A stretch of 64,000 nt of DNA from NCBI GenBank assembly GCA_965208105.1, contig OZ242318.1:1952001-2016000 (forward strand). The letters are read 5' to 3'. Under the pieces are notes generated by a model, which worked only from the letters and a program-made list of their open reading frames with translations, had not been told where the DNA came from and did no database searches. A program made the translations under genes and the position numbers. Positions 40,304-48,795 of this stretch are shown here, piece after piece. Positions within the stretch are counted from its first letter, which is position 1. Every line of letters starts with the position of its first letter. This stretch comes from Candidatus Latescibacterota bacterium. GTDB taxonomy: Bacteria; Latescibacterota; UBA2968; UBA8231.

Positions 40304-40906
40304 CTACTGAGGCTCCTCCGTCCAGGGGATGGAATCGGTCTCGACTGCCCGCCGGATATTCCCAAGCCAGACAGGCCAGAACCAGGAAGTATCCCGGTCA
40401 CCGGGAAGCAGCCTTCCTTCAATCGGGGACCTATTCTCTGAATTGACCGGACCTTTCAAGTATGGCACGAGTTCCGAGTACGGGACCCATGCGTACGGAC
40501 CTCTCTCAGTGTAGGATTTATCTTCCTTGGGCAGTGGATTGTTTGTCACAACCTGCGCTGGAACAAATGGAATTTCTGCGAAGTACAATGCGAAGCCATT
40601 GTGATCCATCACTGGCTCCTGCTCACTGATCGCATTGAGCAGATCAGCTCGCAGAAAGTAGCCTCTGGTCTCTTGCTCGGTTTCCCTCGCGGCTGTTTCT
40701 TCCGCGCTCTCGCCCTCCTGGGAGCCACCTCCGAAAGCTGCCCAGCCTCTTTCACTTCCAGGGTGATCGGCAAGAAGCAGATATACCTGGTCGCCAGATT
40801 TGAAATAGAGCACAATACCCCCACCCGCCGCGCGCTCCGCTCGGACTCCCAAACACGAGCCGGCAACAACCACGCATATGACGAAAAGTCTTCTGATCAA
40901 TTGCAT
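40304..40906 (-). CDS. NUDIX hydrolase with signal peptide
   Basis: Nudix box GGSQEGESAEETAARETEQET; hydrophobic N-terminus. Confidence 0.8.
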   Translation of the reverse strand: MQLIRRLFVICVVVAGSCLGVRAERAAGGGIVLYFKSGDQVYLLLADHPGSERGWAAFGGGSQEGESAEETAARETEQETRGYFLRADLLNAISEQEPVMDHNGFALYFAEIPFVPAQVVTNNPLPKEDKSYTERGPYAWVPYSELVPYLKGPVNSENRSPIEGRLLPGDRDTSWFWPVWLGNIRRAVETDSIPWTEEPQ

Positions 40907-41089
40907 TCTCCCTAGAATTAAGGAAATAATCTTGCCTGACGATCCAGGTTTGCGACACCAGGGCGAAGGCCCGGGATTGCCGAATTCCAAGCCGCCTTCA
41001 GGCACCTGGGGCAACCCATGCCAGTTTCACATCAGGCACTGAAGAAAGGAGTTGCCTTCAGCGGTTCTCAATTTTGCCTTCAGAGGAAT

Positions 41090-41749
41090 TCAAACAAATT
41101 CTTCAAGATAAAGCCGCTCAATTTTGGAGGCTAATGCTGCCTGTTGCGGATCTATCTCACATACCTGCCGGATCAGTCTCAAAATATGTTCAGGGGCAAA
41201 TTCACCGGGCACTTCACATCCCACTCGCTCGAACCCGCGATCGAGAATCTCTCCGGCCATCTCTCTCCTGCTTCTGAGAAGAGCCTTGATCGCCGCAAGC
41301 GCATTCATCAATGCACTGTGGGTGTTGGACCATTCAACTCCTCTGGCAGAGGCATTGTCCAGATCGAACTCGGGGTCTCTGCCGATGGATTCGGCGAATA
41401 TTTCGATGTCCACTCGCCAGAATAACGGCACTCCCTCGAATTGGACAAAGTAGAGACGGCGTTTCTGCGAATTCTGAAACTCGGGAGAAGACCGAAGCGA
41501 TTCCACAGGTTGAACTTTGATCATTGTGGGAAGGAACCGGGCCGTGGCTTCATTGAAATTTCTATCTGGAATCTCCCAAACTATGTCAATGTCGCTGTAA
41601 ATGTCAGCGGTCCCTTCAGCCAGTGAACCTTTCAATTCCGCGGTCGATCCAGGCACAGAATTCTTGAGTGAAGATAGGATGCCTTGAGCTAGCGAAGTTC
41701 TGACCGCAGGGTTCAATTCCAATCGCTTCATTCGGGGACAATTGAACAT
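41090..41749 (-). CDS. Nucleotidyltransferase domain protein
   Basis: GSLAEGTADIYSDID Pol-beta-type motif. Confidence 0.8.
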   Translation of the reverse strand: MFNCPRMKRLELNPAVRTSLAQGILSSLKNSVPGSTAELKGSLAEGTADIYSDIDIVWEIPDRNFNEATARFLPTMIKVQPVESLRSSPEFQNSQKRRLYFVQFEGVPLFWRVDIEIFAESIGRDPEFDLDNASARGVEWSNTHSALMNALAAIKALLRSRREMAGEILDRGFERVGCEVPGEFAPEHILRLIRQVCEIDPQQAALASKIERLYLEEFV

Positions 41750-41915
41750 TTCGGCAAAGTAGTGCCGAAAATCGAAGGCGCCATCCTATTGGACGGACGG
41801 CACCCAGCTCATGGCAGGCCCCTGGTAAACGAGGTCATGGGAACAGTGAAGCATCCTTTGTCTTTCACTTCTTGCTTCCAATGTGCCTGATTGGCCCTTG
41901 TAATCTCGTCATTCA

Positions 41916-42707
41916 CTAACAGTTTCCCTCCTCCAGATTGGAGAATGGCTGCACTCGATACCAATACCGGTACGTTTCGCTGAAACCATACTTCCGCTGC
42001 AGAGCCAGGGCAGGCTCGTTGTTGGCCATCACCTGCAGGTAAGCAAGGCGCGCCCCCTGTTCAAATCCCCATTTGAGGCGTGCCTCAAGGAGCCCGCTAC
42101 CGAAGCCCCGACCCCGATACTCTGTATCCACCAGCAAATCAAAGAGCCCCATGATCGAGCCCGAAACAACTGCTCGCGCGCAGCCTACAGATCTTCCCTC
42201 AGCCCGTGCGATAACATAGGCCGCAGGAGTGGAGACCGCGTTGAGTAAACTGCGGGCTACCTCCGAGTGCTGACTGCGATCGGACAGACGTCTCCAGGTT
42301 TCGAGCCACTCATCTGTCGCACTTTGGTATAACGATATGGCAGAGGAACAATCGGAACTGGTATCAAGCGGCTTGGTTAGAACCAGTGTATCCGCGTCTC
42401 TGGAGTACTGAAGCATGGCCAATTTCTCCTCCAAATCCACGGGTTGACAAGCAGGAAAAATCTTGAAAAGACAAGGTAGCGACGCCCGCGAGAACGCTGA
42501 TTCACAATGATCCAGCTTCTCCTTGAGCGGGGTTGTGGATCCATAGAGAGGGACTACACAGTTGGCACGGCGACTGTATCCCGCGGACATTCGAACGATC
42601 CAGCCGTCGAAGAACTCTGTTTTCAGCGCGGGCAGCCCGTTCAGCGCCGCCTCTTCCAGAGCTACTACAAGCTCTGGACTTTTCAATGAATCAAGTACTA
42701 TTGCCAT
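41916..42707 (-). CDS. GNAT family acetyltransferase
   Basis: GYSRRAN, YRGRGFG, AYLQV..N..A..L..KYGF; start reset to MAIVLD. Confidence 0.88.
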   Translation of the reverse strand: MAIVLDSLKSPELVVALEEAALNGLPALKTEFFDGWIVRMSAGYSRRANCVVPLYGSTTPLKEKLDHCESAFSRASLPCLFKIFPACQPVDLEEKLAMLQYSRDADTLVLTKPLDTSSDCSSAISLYQSATDEWLETWRRLSDRSQHSEVARSLLNAVSTPAAYVIARAEGRSVGCARAVVSGSIMGLFDLLVDTEYRGRGFGSGLLEARLKWGFEQGARLAYLQVMANNEPALALQRKYGFSETYRYWYRVQPFSNLEEGNC

Positions 42708-42783
42708 AGGTTTCGATATGCCTATTTGGTGCTTCGGATAACGTTTCGCATTAGCCGAGGCCACATAGCGAGCTGCCGAAGGC

Positions 42784-42949
42784 CTAGTGTCCCGTCGCAG
42801 AGATAGGTTGACGCAATTGGGCCGCCGAGGCGCCAGGCTCACAAGGCGCCTGAGCGAGTCGTACCAGTGGTGTACGGCGAGTGAAGGCAACGCCGTGAGC
42901 CGGGATGGATCGGCGGAATAATGGCGACATATTTCTGCGACGGGACACT
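42784..42949. mobile_element. MITE, about 165 bp, with terminal IRs; right end interrupted by IS
   Basis: AGTGTCCCGTCGCAGAGATA (42786-42805) vs TATTTCTGCGACGGGACACT (42930-42949), 19/20 inverted match. Confidence 0.75.
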
Positions 42950-42964
42950 GATATGTATTGACGG

Positions 42965-43240
42965 TTGTCAACCCCCTCCGGGGTGGTCATTTCGGATGTT
43001 ATCTTTGCATGAGTTTGTTCGGGGACAGAAGGGACGCTGTAGCGACGGTTGATCCGACTGATATTCGCGGGTTGGCTACCGCCTGTCCTGGGTGCGTCGC
43101 GGAGCGGCCTCAATCTAGAGTCGAGGGTCAGCCTGAAAGGCGCCTCATAGTGTCTTCGAGGATTCTCCTGACCGGTCCCTTCTGTCCCGTTTCGATTTAC
43201 ATGAGCAAAGGTCCTATGCCGGCTTCTGAGACGATGAGCT
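42965..43240 (-). ncRNA. Putative bridge RNA/seekRNA region of the IS1111 element (boundaries approximate)
   Basis: Non-coding 3' end containing GACACTA (complement of target TAGTGTC), CTAG and ATATCAG (donor junction). Confidence 0.65.
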
Positions 43241-43242
43241 TA

Positions 43243-44262
43243 TCAGGCGGCGATCCGAGGTCTCCTGGCCACGAGGCGGCCGGGGCGTTTCTGCTCCCAG
43301 GCGATGGCCTGTATGGGGGGTGCGGTCTGTTCGGCGCGTCGTTGCAAGGCGGCCGTCTTGCGGGCGGGAAAGCGATAGCACCAGGCCGCTTCCACCAGCA
43401 CACGCCGCACGTGGGCGTTGCCCGCCTTGGTGATCGCCCCTCGCTTTTGCCGGGAGCCGCTGGAATGCTCGCTGGGGACCAGACCGACGAAGGCCATCAG
43501 TTGGCGCGGCGAGTCAAAGCGGGTGAGGTCCCCCAGCTCGGCCAGGGTCGTAACCGCGGTAAGCGTGTCTACCCCGCGCAGCGCCCTCATAGCCCGCGTC
43601 TCCCCTTCCAAAGACCACCCCTCCAAAGTCTGCTGCAGGGCCTGGTCCAACCCCTGGATCCGACCTTGGGCTTCCTGTACCGCGTCCACGTATTCCTGAA
43701 AGACGATCTGCTGGGCCGGATGATCGAAGCGCTGGGTCTCCAGCCAGCGAAAGTGGGCTTGGGTCCAGCGACTGCGCCCGGAGTAGATCCGGCCGTGGCG
43801 CTGCAAGAAGCTGTTCAGCCGCTGGCGCACGCGGCGCTCGGCGTGCTTGAAGTCTTCCCGGCAGCGCTCCAGGTCACGCATCGCCTCCTGCGCTTCGTCG
43901 GGCACCCACACGGGGGTCAACTCGCCGTGTTGGAAAAGCCGCACCAGAGACAGCGCATCGCGCCGGTCGGTCTTGATGCGGTCGCCCGGCCGCCGCGGGA
44001 TCAGCGAGGGCGCCACCACCGTGCAGGCGTGCCCCAGGGCTGTGAGCTGACGGTAGACGCCGTAGCCGCAGGGTCCGGCCTCGTAGCAAAACCGCAACGA
44101 GGTCCCACCACGGGCCAGTTGGCCCGCCAGCTTGGACAACGCGGCGTCCGTAGACGGTATCGTTCCATACAGGGCTGGCCCTTTTCGGCCTTCACCGGCC
44201 AGGGCGACGGTGATCGAATCTTTATGTATGTCCAAGGCGACGAATTTCGTAGATTTACGCAT
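43243..44262 (-). CDS. IS110 DEDD transposase/recombinase, C-terminus apparently shortened
   Basis: ALDIHK, CYEAG, KTDRRDA, GLVPSEHSSG, ITKAGN; typical terminal helix missing. Confidence 0.88.
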   Translation of the reverse strand: MRKSTKFVALDIHKDSITVALAGEGRKGPALYGTIPSTDAALSKLAGQLARGGTSLRFCYEAGPCGYGVYRQLTALGHACTVVAPSLIPRRPGDRIKTDRRDALSLVRLFQHGELTPVWVPDEAQEAMRDLERCREDFKHAERRVRQRLNSFLQRHGRIYSGRSRWTQAHFRWLETQRFDHPAQQIVFQEYVDAVQEAQGRIQGLDQALQQTLEGWSLEGETRAMRALRGVDTLTAVTTLAELGDLTRFDSPRQLMAFVGLVPSEHSSGSRQKRGAITKAGNAHVRRVLVEAAWCYRFPARKTAALQRRAEQTAPPIQAIAWEQKRPGRLVARRPRIAA

Positions 44263-44431
44263 GGCCTCCTCCTTCTCGCTGGGGATAGGTCTTTGGGTGA
44301 ACTCCGTTTTCCCAAAGATAACCCCCGACAACCGAGTCGGAGGAGGTCTTTCATATCTCCGTCAATACATAAGGTCTAGGCGGCGCAGAATTAGCCCGAT
44401 ATTATCGCTTCGAAGCTTCGTGGCTGCTCGA

Positions 44432-44701
44432 CTACAGCCGGGAAACAAGCTGCTCGTAACCAGCATGAGAGCCGATCCAGAACCAGACTATGAGACCTTC
44501 TGTTTGCACGCCCAAGGCACGGTAATCTCGTGTGACCCTGACAGCGTAGATCGGTTTGGTAGGATGAATCTTCTTGAATCGCAGACTCGGATGGTTTGGA
44601 TTATCCCGAAAACGGGCGTACGCTGCGGCCGCCTGAACCTGGACGTGCTGAGGAAGTTCGCGTAACGCTTTCCGAAAACGATCGGTTGTCCGGGATATCA
44701 T
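44432..44701 (-). CDS. RelE/ParE-like toxin
   Basis: F..NPNHPSLRFKKI, YAVRVTRDYRALG, WFWIGSHA.Y. Confidence 0.85.
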   Translation of the reverse strand: MISRTTDRFRKALRELPQHVQVQAAAAYARFRDNPNHPSLRFKKIHPTKPIYAVRVTRDYRALGVQTEGLIVWFWIGSHAGYEQLVSRL

Positions 44702-44916
44702 GAATCACGAGATTCGAAGGGCTCGGTCTTTCCTGATTGGTATTCAGCTACAGCCTCATCCGCCAGGGCAGTCAACTGCTCCGCTGTCGAGTCAAATGCG
44801 CGCTCCCACCGGCGCTCTGACTCCAGCTCCGAAATCAAAACAGCCGCAATCGCATCCTGCTCATCATTCGAGAGCTTCTTGATTTCCAAGATCGCCTTTT
44901 CCAGAAGTTGAGTCAT
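44698..44916 (-). CDS. Cognate antitoxin
   Basis: MTQLLEKAI..EQDAIA..E.E.RW..F; ATGA overlap with toxin. Confidence 0.8.
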   Translation of the reverse strand: MTQLLEKAILEIKKLSNDEQDAIAAVLISELESERRWERAFDSTAEQLTALADEAVAEYQSGKTEPFESRDS

Positions 44917-45103
44917 CGGAGTCCTCCTAATCAGGTGTTCGGCAAACTGTCGGGTTAAAGTAAATATAAGGAAGTCGCTCATGGAAGGTCTTGGTGAAAT
45001 TCCATACAGATGACGTTTTCCGAACCAGATTCGGAGGCGCTGAAGGACAGCCCGCTCTCAGGAGGCCTCTCCGATATCCACTCCAACTTCTACAGCCGCT
45101 TCC

Positions 45104-45958
45104 TCAGCGGTTGTCGGCACCCCGGTACATTCCCTTCCTCACAAAACAGTAAATCAGCATCTCGTGGAGAATAGTGAATTGGTCCGGGACACGACGCTCC
45201 AGCAGGGATGCCAACTCTGAATCGAACTCGGCGATCTTTCTCGGTGGCAAGCTAGCCCCTATCCCCCGGCACGCCCTGATCCGACCGCGCCACTGCTCTC
45301 GGGTAAACTGGATCGGCTCCCTCAGTTGGCAGAATGACTGAACATCGAAGTGCTCCAGGGACCAGGATGGAACAGGGTTGGGCTGGTCATAGCCGGCGCC
45401 ACTCCAGTCAGGGTTGTATTTGAGCACCAGTTCTTCGGTCATCTGCGCGGTTTCGTCGAGTTTGGGAAGCCATAAGAGGGATGTCAGAACGAGCCTTCCC
45501 CTCTCTCGCATTATGGAAAGAACTTTCGGAATCAAAACCGCACGATCGAAGTACAACCATGATTGGCCCGCGGAAACGACATCGAAGGTGGCTGGAGGAT
45601 AGTCGATCTGCTCTGCGGCGATGGCGTGAAATTCGGCATCGACCCCCTCGGATGCCGCAAGTTTCCTCGCCTGCTCGATCTGCTCAGCGGATATGTCGAC
45701 GCCGACAACACTGGCCCCGCGAGCCGCGAATGCCCTGGCCAATACCCCCGTTCCGGTACCCAAATCCAGGATCTCCTGGGTTGGGCAGCCCACTCCCAAA
45801 GATGACAGCGTATCGAAAAATGAATCGGGATACCCTGGCCGAAACCGGGCATAGTCGGTGGAGGTCCGGCCCCAATTGAACTCTCTCTCCCCATCGATTC
45901 CTGTGACTTTCAAAACAAGACCTCCCAAGGACCTGGGAACGCCCGCCGCGATTGTCAA
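45104..45958 (-). CDS. Class I SAM-dependent methyltransferase (start uncertain)
   Basis: YARFRPGYP, ILDLGTGTG, AGQSWLYFD. Confidence 0.87.
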   Translation of the reverse strand: MTIAAGVPRSLGGLVLKVTGIDGEREFNWGRTSTDYARFRPGYPDSFFDTLSSLGVGCPTQEILDLGTGTGVLARAFAARGASVVGVDISAEQIEQARKLAASEGVDAEFHAIAAEQIDYPPATFDVVSAGQSWLYFDRAVLIPKVLSIMRERGRLVLTSLLWLPKLDETAQMTEELVLKYNPDWSGAGYDQPNPVPSWSLEHFDVQSFCQLREPIQFTREQWRGRIRACRGIGASLPPRKIAEFDSELASLLERRVPDQFTILHEMLIYCFVRKGMYRGADNR

Positions 45959-45980
45959 TTACATCGACCCGCCGGCGGGT

Positions 45981-47369
45981 TCATCCCTTCGCTTTCCTGA
46001 ATCGCCAACCGTACAGGATGCTCCCGAAATAGTTGAACCACCGCCTTGCATCGTGGTCGCCGAAGGGATAATCGGCACCGATCTGTGTCGCGGCGGCGAT
46101 CCCGCTGACGAGGCAGGTCTCCTGGCTGTTGACCAGCGTATGGGCGCCGCAGTGCCAGGTTTGCCTCCTGCCCTGGATGAAGCGGAACAAAGGAACGAGG
46201 AATGCAACGTGGCGCACGTCGTGAACGATGTGCTGGAACCACCACCTCGCGATAATCTGCCGCCCATCGATCTGGCTGACCGGGTTGTAAGTCACCAGGC
46301 AGGGCTTGTCGGAGCGGTTGGCCCACGGCTGCTGGTTGTGCATGATGTAGGTGATTTCATAGTTGTCAGGCCTGGCACCGTATTGTTCGATGTGGTTGCT
46401 CCGCGTCTTCAGGGGATTCACCTCGTTGTCCGGAAGGACCGAGGAGTCCGAATGCACCACCGTATGGTTGTGGAGCTCGCTCTCGTAGCGAACCGACGAG
46501 AGGAGGCAGCGCTCCAGCAACGTGGGTTTGTCGAGGCTCATCAGCGTCTGGTTCGCGTTGCACGCGAAAATCACCTGGTCGAAGGTCTCCTTCACTCCGT
46601 CCTCGTCCTCGACCACGACGCCGGACGGCCGGCGAAACACCTTCCTCACGGGACGGTTGAGGCATATCCTGTCCCTGAAACCGGCTGACAGGTTTTCGTA
46701 GATGCGCCGCGTCCCCTGGTCCCAGGTCTGCATGGGGGTAGCCGATTCGATATCGAAGAACTCGAGGTACCTGCTGAAGAGAGCCGCGGGCATGTCGAAC
46801 ACGTTCGTCGCCATGAGGAAGTTGACGAACATGGGCTTCAGGACCTTGTAGCGGAAGTCCCCGGAGAAACCGCACAGATTCAGGACCGTCCCCATGCTGA
46901 TGTAGTTGAAGGGGTTGAGGGCGTTCAACAGCTTCGATCGGGACCGGGTGAGGCCGCCGAACCAGTGCAGGCGCCCGAGAAGGCGTTGAAACTTCGCGAT
47001 CTCCGGTTTCAGCTGCTGCCTGATGTCGGAGTCGAAGTCGTGGGCGTACACCTGGCCGCGGTAGTGCACGCTGTAGCTGAATCTGGTATCGATCAGTTCG
47101 ATGCCGAACCTCTCCATCAACAAGACCATGTGCCGATACACCGACGGGATGCATGCGGTGACCGAGATGTCGAAGGGAATGGTGCTGCCGTCATCCTGCG
47201 GCATATCGGCCGTGATCGCATTTCCGCCGATGCGCTCCCTTGCTTCGAACAGCCGGAAATCGAACCGGTCGGGGTGGTGGTGCAGCGTCCACGCGGCCCC
47301 CAGCCCTGCAATGCCGCCGCCAACGATGGCTATGCGCCTTGGTTTTGTCCCTGTCCCGCCACTTTCCAT
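45981..47369 (-). CDS. FAD-dependent oxidoreductase (amine oxidase-like)
   Basis: IVGGGIAGL, FEARERIGGNA, FDQVIFAC, IQG..TWHCGA. Confidence 0.87.
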   Translation of the reverse strand: MESGGTGTKPRRIAIVGGGIAGLGAAWTLHHHPDRFDFRLFEARERIGGNAITADMPQDDGSTIPFDISVTACIPSVYRHMVLLMERFGIELIDTRFSYSVHYRGQVYAHDFDSDIRQQLKPEIAKFQRLLGRLHWFGGLTRSRSKLLNALNPFNYISMGTVLNLCGFSGDFRYKVLKPMFVNFLMATNVFDMPAALFSRYLEFFDIESATPMQTWDQGTRRIYENLSAGFRDRICLNRPVRKVFRRPSGVVVEDEDGVKETFDQVIFACNANQTLMSLDKPTLLERCLLSSVRYESELHNHTVVHSDSSVLPDNEVNPLKTRSNHIEQYGARPDNYEITYIMHNQQPWANRSDKPCLVTYNPVSQIDGRQIIARWWFQHIVHDVRHVAFLVPLFRFIQGRRQTWHCGAHTLVNSQETCLVSGIAAATQIGADYPFGDHDARRWFNYFGSILYGWRFRKAKG

Positions 47370-47539
47370 GACCTTCTATTCTACGATGGTCGTTGCCTGC
47401 AGGCCAATCGACGATAGATCTCCACGGCGGCTGATGCCTGGAGACGGGGTGTGGCCGGCGACCCGGAAGAGGCCCGGGTAGTTGCCCCCGGCCCTCTTTA
47501 TGGCTAGCCTAGGGTGGTCCCCACAAAGGAGATTCCTGC

Positions 47540-48559
47540 ATGAATGAGCAATGGCTGCGCTTCGACGCGGCGACCAATCCTTATGGGCCGTCGCCCAGGG
47601 TGCGGCAGGCGATGGCCGCCTTTGCCCGCACCGGAGACTTCAGCCGCTACGACGACGAGGAGCGCGCCGAGTCGCTGCGCGGCGACCTGGCGGAGCATTG
47701 GGGGCTTTCGCCCGATAACTTCATCGTGTACAACGGCTCCGGGGAAGCCGTGGTCTGGCTTTTTCTGGCGCGGTTGCTGCTGGAGCGGCAGCGCCTGCTC
47801 ATCCCCTCTCCGTCCTACGAGCGCTTCGTGGCCCTGGGACAGCGCTGCGCCGCCGAGGTGATCCCGGTGCCGCTGCGCGAGGACGACTTTGCCCTGGTGC
47901 CCGAGCGCTTCATCGAGGCGGGTCGGCAGTCCGGAGCGCGGGTTCTGCTGATGAGCAGCCCCAACAACCCCACGGGCAACCTCCTTTGCGGTGAGCGGGA
48001 GATGGCGCACCTGCTCGACGAGTTGCCCGACTGCCTGTGCATCGTCGATGAAGCCTACGCGGACTATGCCGGCGGCAGCTTCGTGCCCTGGGTTCGGGAG
48101 AGGGGAAACCTGGTTGTGCTGCGGACCTTCTCCAAGGCCTACGGCATGGCTGGCCTGCGGGTGGGCTACGCGGTTGGACCCGAACCCGCCATCGCCGCCC
48201 TGGCTCGGATGCAGGTTCCCTGGGCGGTCAACGGGCTGTCGCTGGCGGCGGCGCAGGCCGCCCTCGCCGACCAGGAATATCTGCGGAAAACCGTCGCCCG
48301 GATCCGCGGCGATTGCCGGGCGCTCTACGACGGGCTTAACCGGCGGCGGTGGTTGCGGGCATATCCGAGCGCGGCGAATTTCTTCTGGGTGCGCTCCGAT
48401 GGGGTCGGGCCGGAGCGGCTGCGGGCGGGCCTGGAGGAACGGCGGGTCCGCGCCCGCTGGCGACAGGACGCGCCTGGCTTCGTGCGGCTGACCTCGCTGC
48501 GCCCTGAGGACAACGAGTACCTGTTGTCGGCGCTCGATGAGGTCGTGAAGCCGTGCTGA
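47540..48559 (+). CDS. HisC/CobD-like PLP aminotransferase (class I/II)
   Basis: NPYGPSP, PNNPTG, VDEAY, RTFSKAYGMAGLRVGY. Confidence 0.9.
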   Translation: MNEQWLRFDAATNPYGPSPRVRQAMAAFARTGDFSRYDDEERAESLRGDLAEHWGLSPDNFIVYNGSGEAVVWLFLARLLLERQRLLIPSPSYERFVALGQRCAAEVIPVPLREDDFALVPERFIEAGRQSGARVLLMSSPNNPTGNLLCGEREMAHLLDELPDCLCIVDEAYADYAGGSFVPWVRERGNLVVLRTFSKAYGMAGLRVGYAVGPEPAIAALARMQVPWAVNGLSLAAAQAALADQEYLRKTVARIRGDCRALYDGLNRRRWLRAYPSAANFFWVRSDGVGPERLRAGLEERRVRARWRQDAPGFVRLTSLRPEDNEYLLSALDEVVKPC

Positions 48560-48795
48560 TACGGGGGGTCAGGAATTTGGCAGGCCCGGGGACCATTCTC
48601 TTCGAACGCCCCCCGGGAAAGTTTGACCGCAGCTGACAAATGGGCAAATTTGACAGAATTTTTTCAGGCTTGGGCATATCTTTCCTGCATTATCCACCTC
48701 TTTCTCATCCTTGTGCCAGGCCAGCCGGCGCGCACGTTGGTGGACGAGTTTCGTGCCACTGGCTCCTGTCAAGTTTTTAGTTAAGGAGAACCGTC

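Larger units (their letters stand above)
42950..44377 (-). mobile_element. IS110-family element, IS1111 subgroup
   Basis: Sub-terminal 12-bp IRs (42953-42964 and 44359-44370) at 3/7-nt offsets; CT core at both junctions; long 3' non-coding region. Confidence 0.88.

Noticed and set aside
40990-41090. Three GCCTTCAG words between NUDIX and NTase genes
   Set aside because: Irregular spacing; too short for CRISPR or a convincing attC
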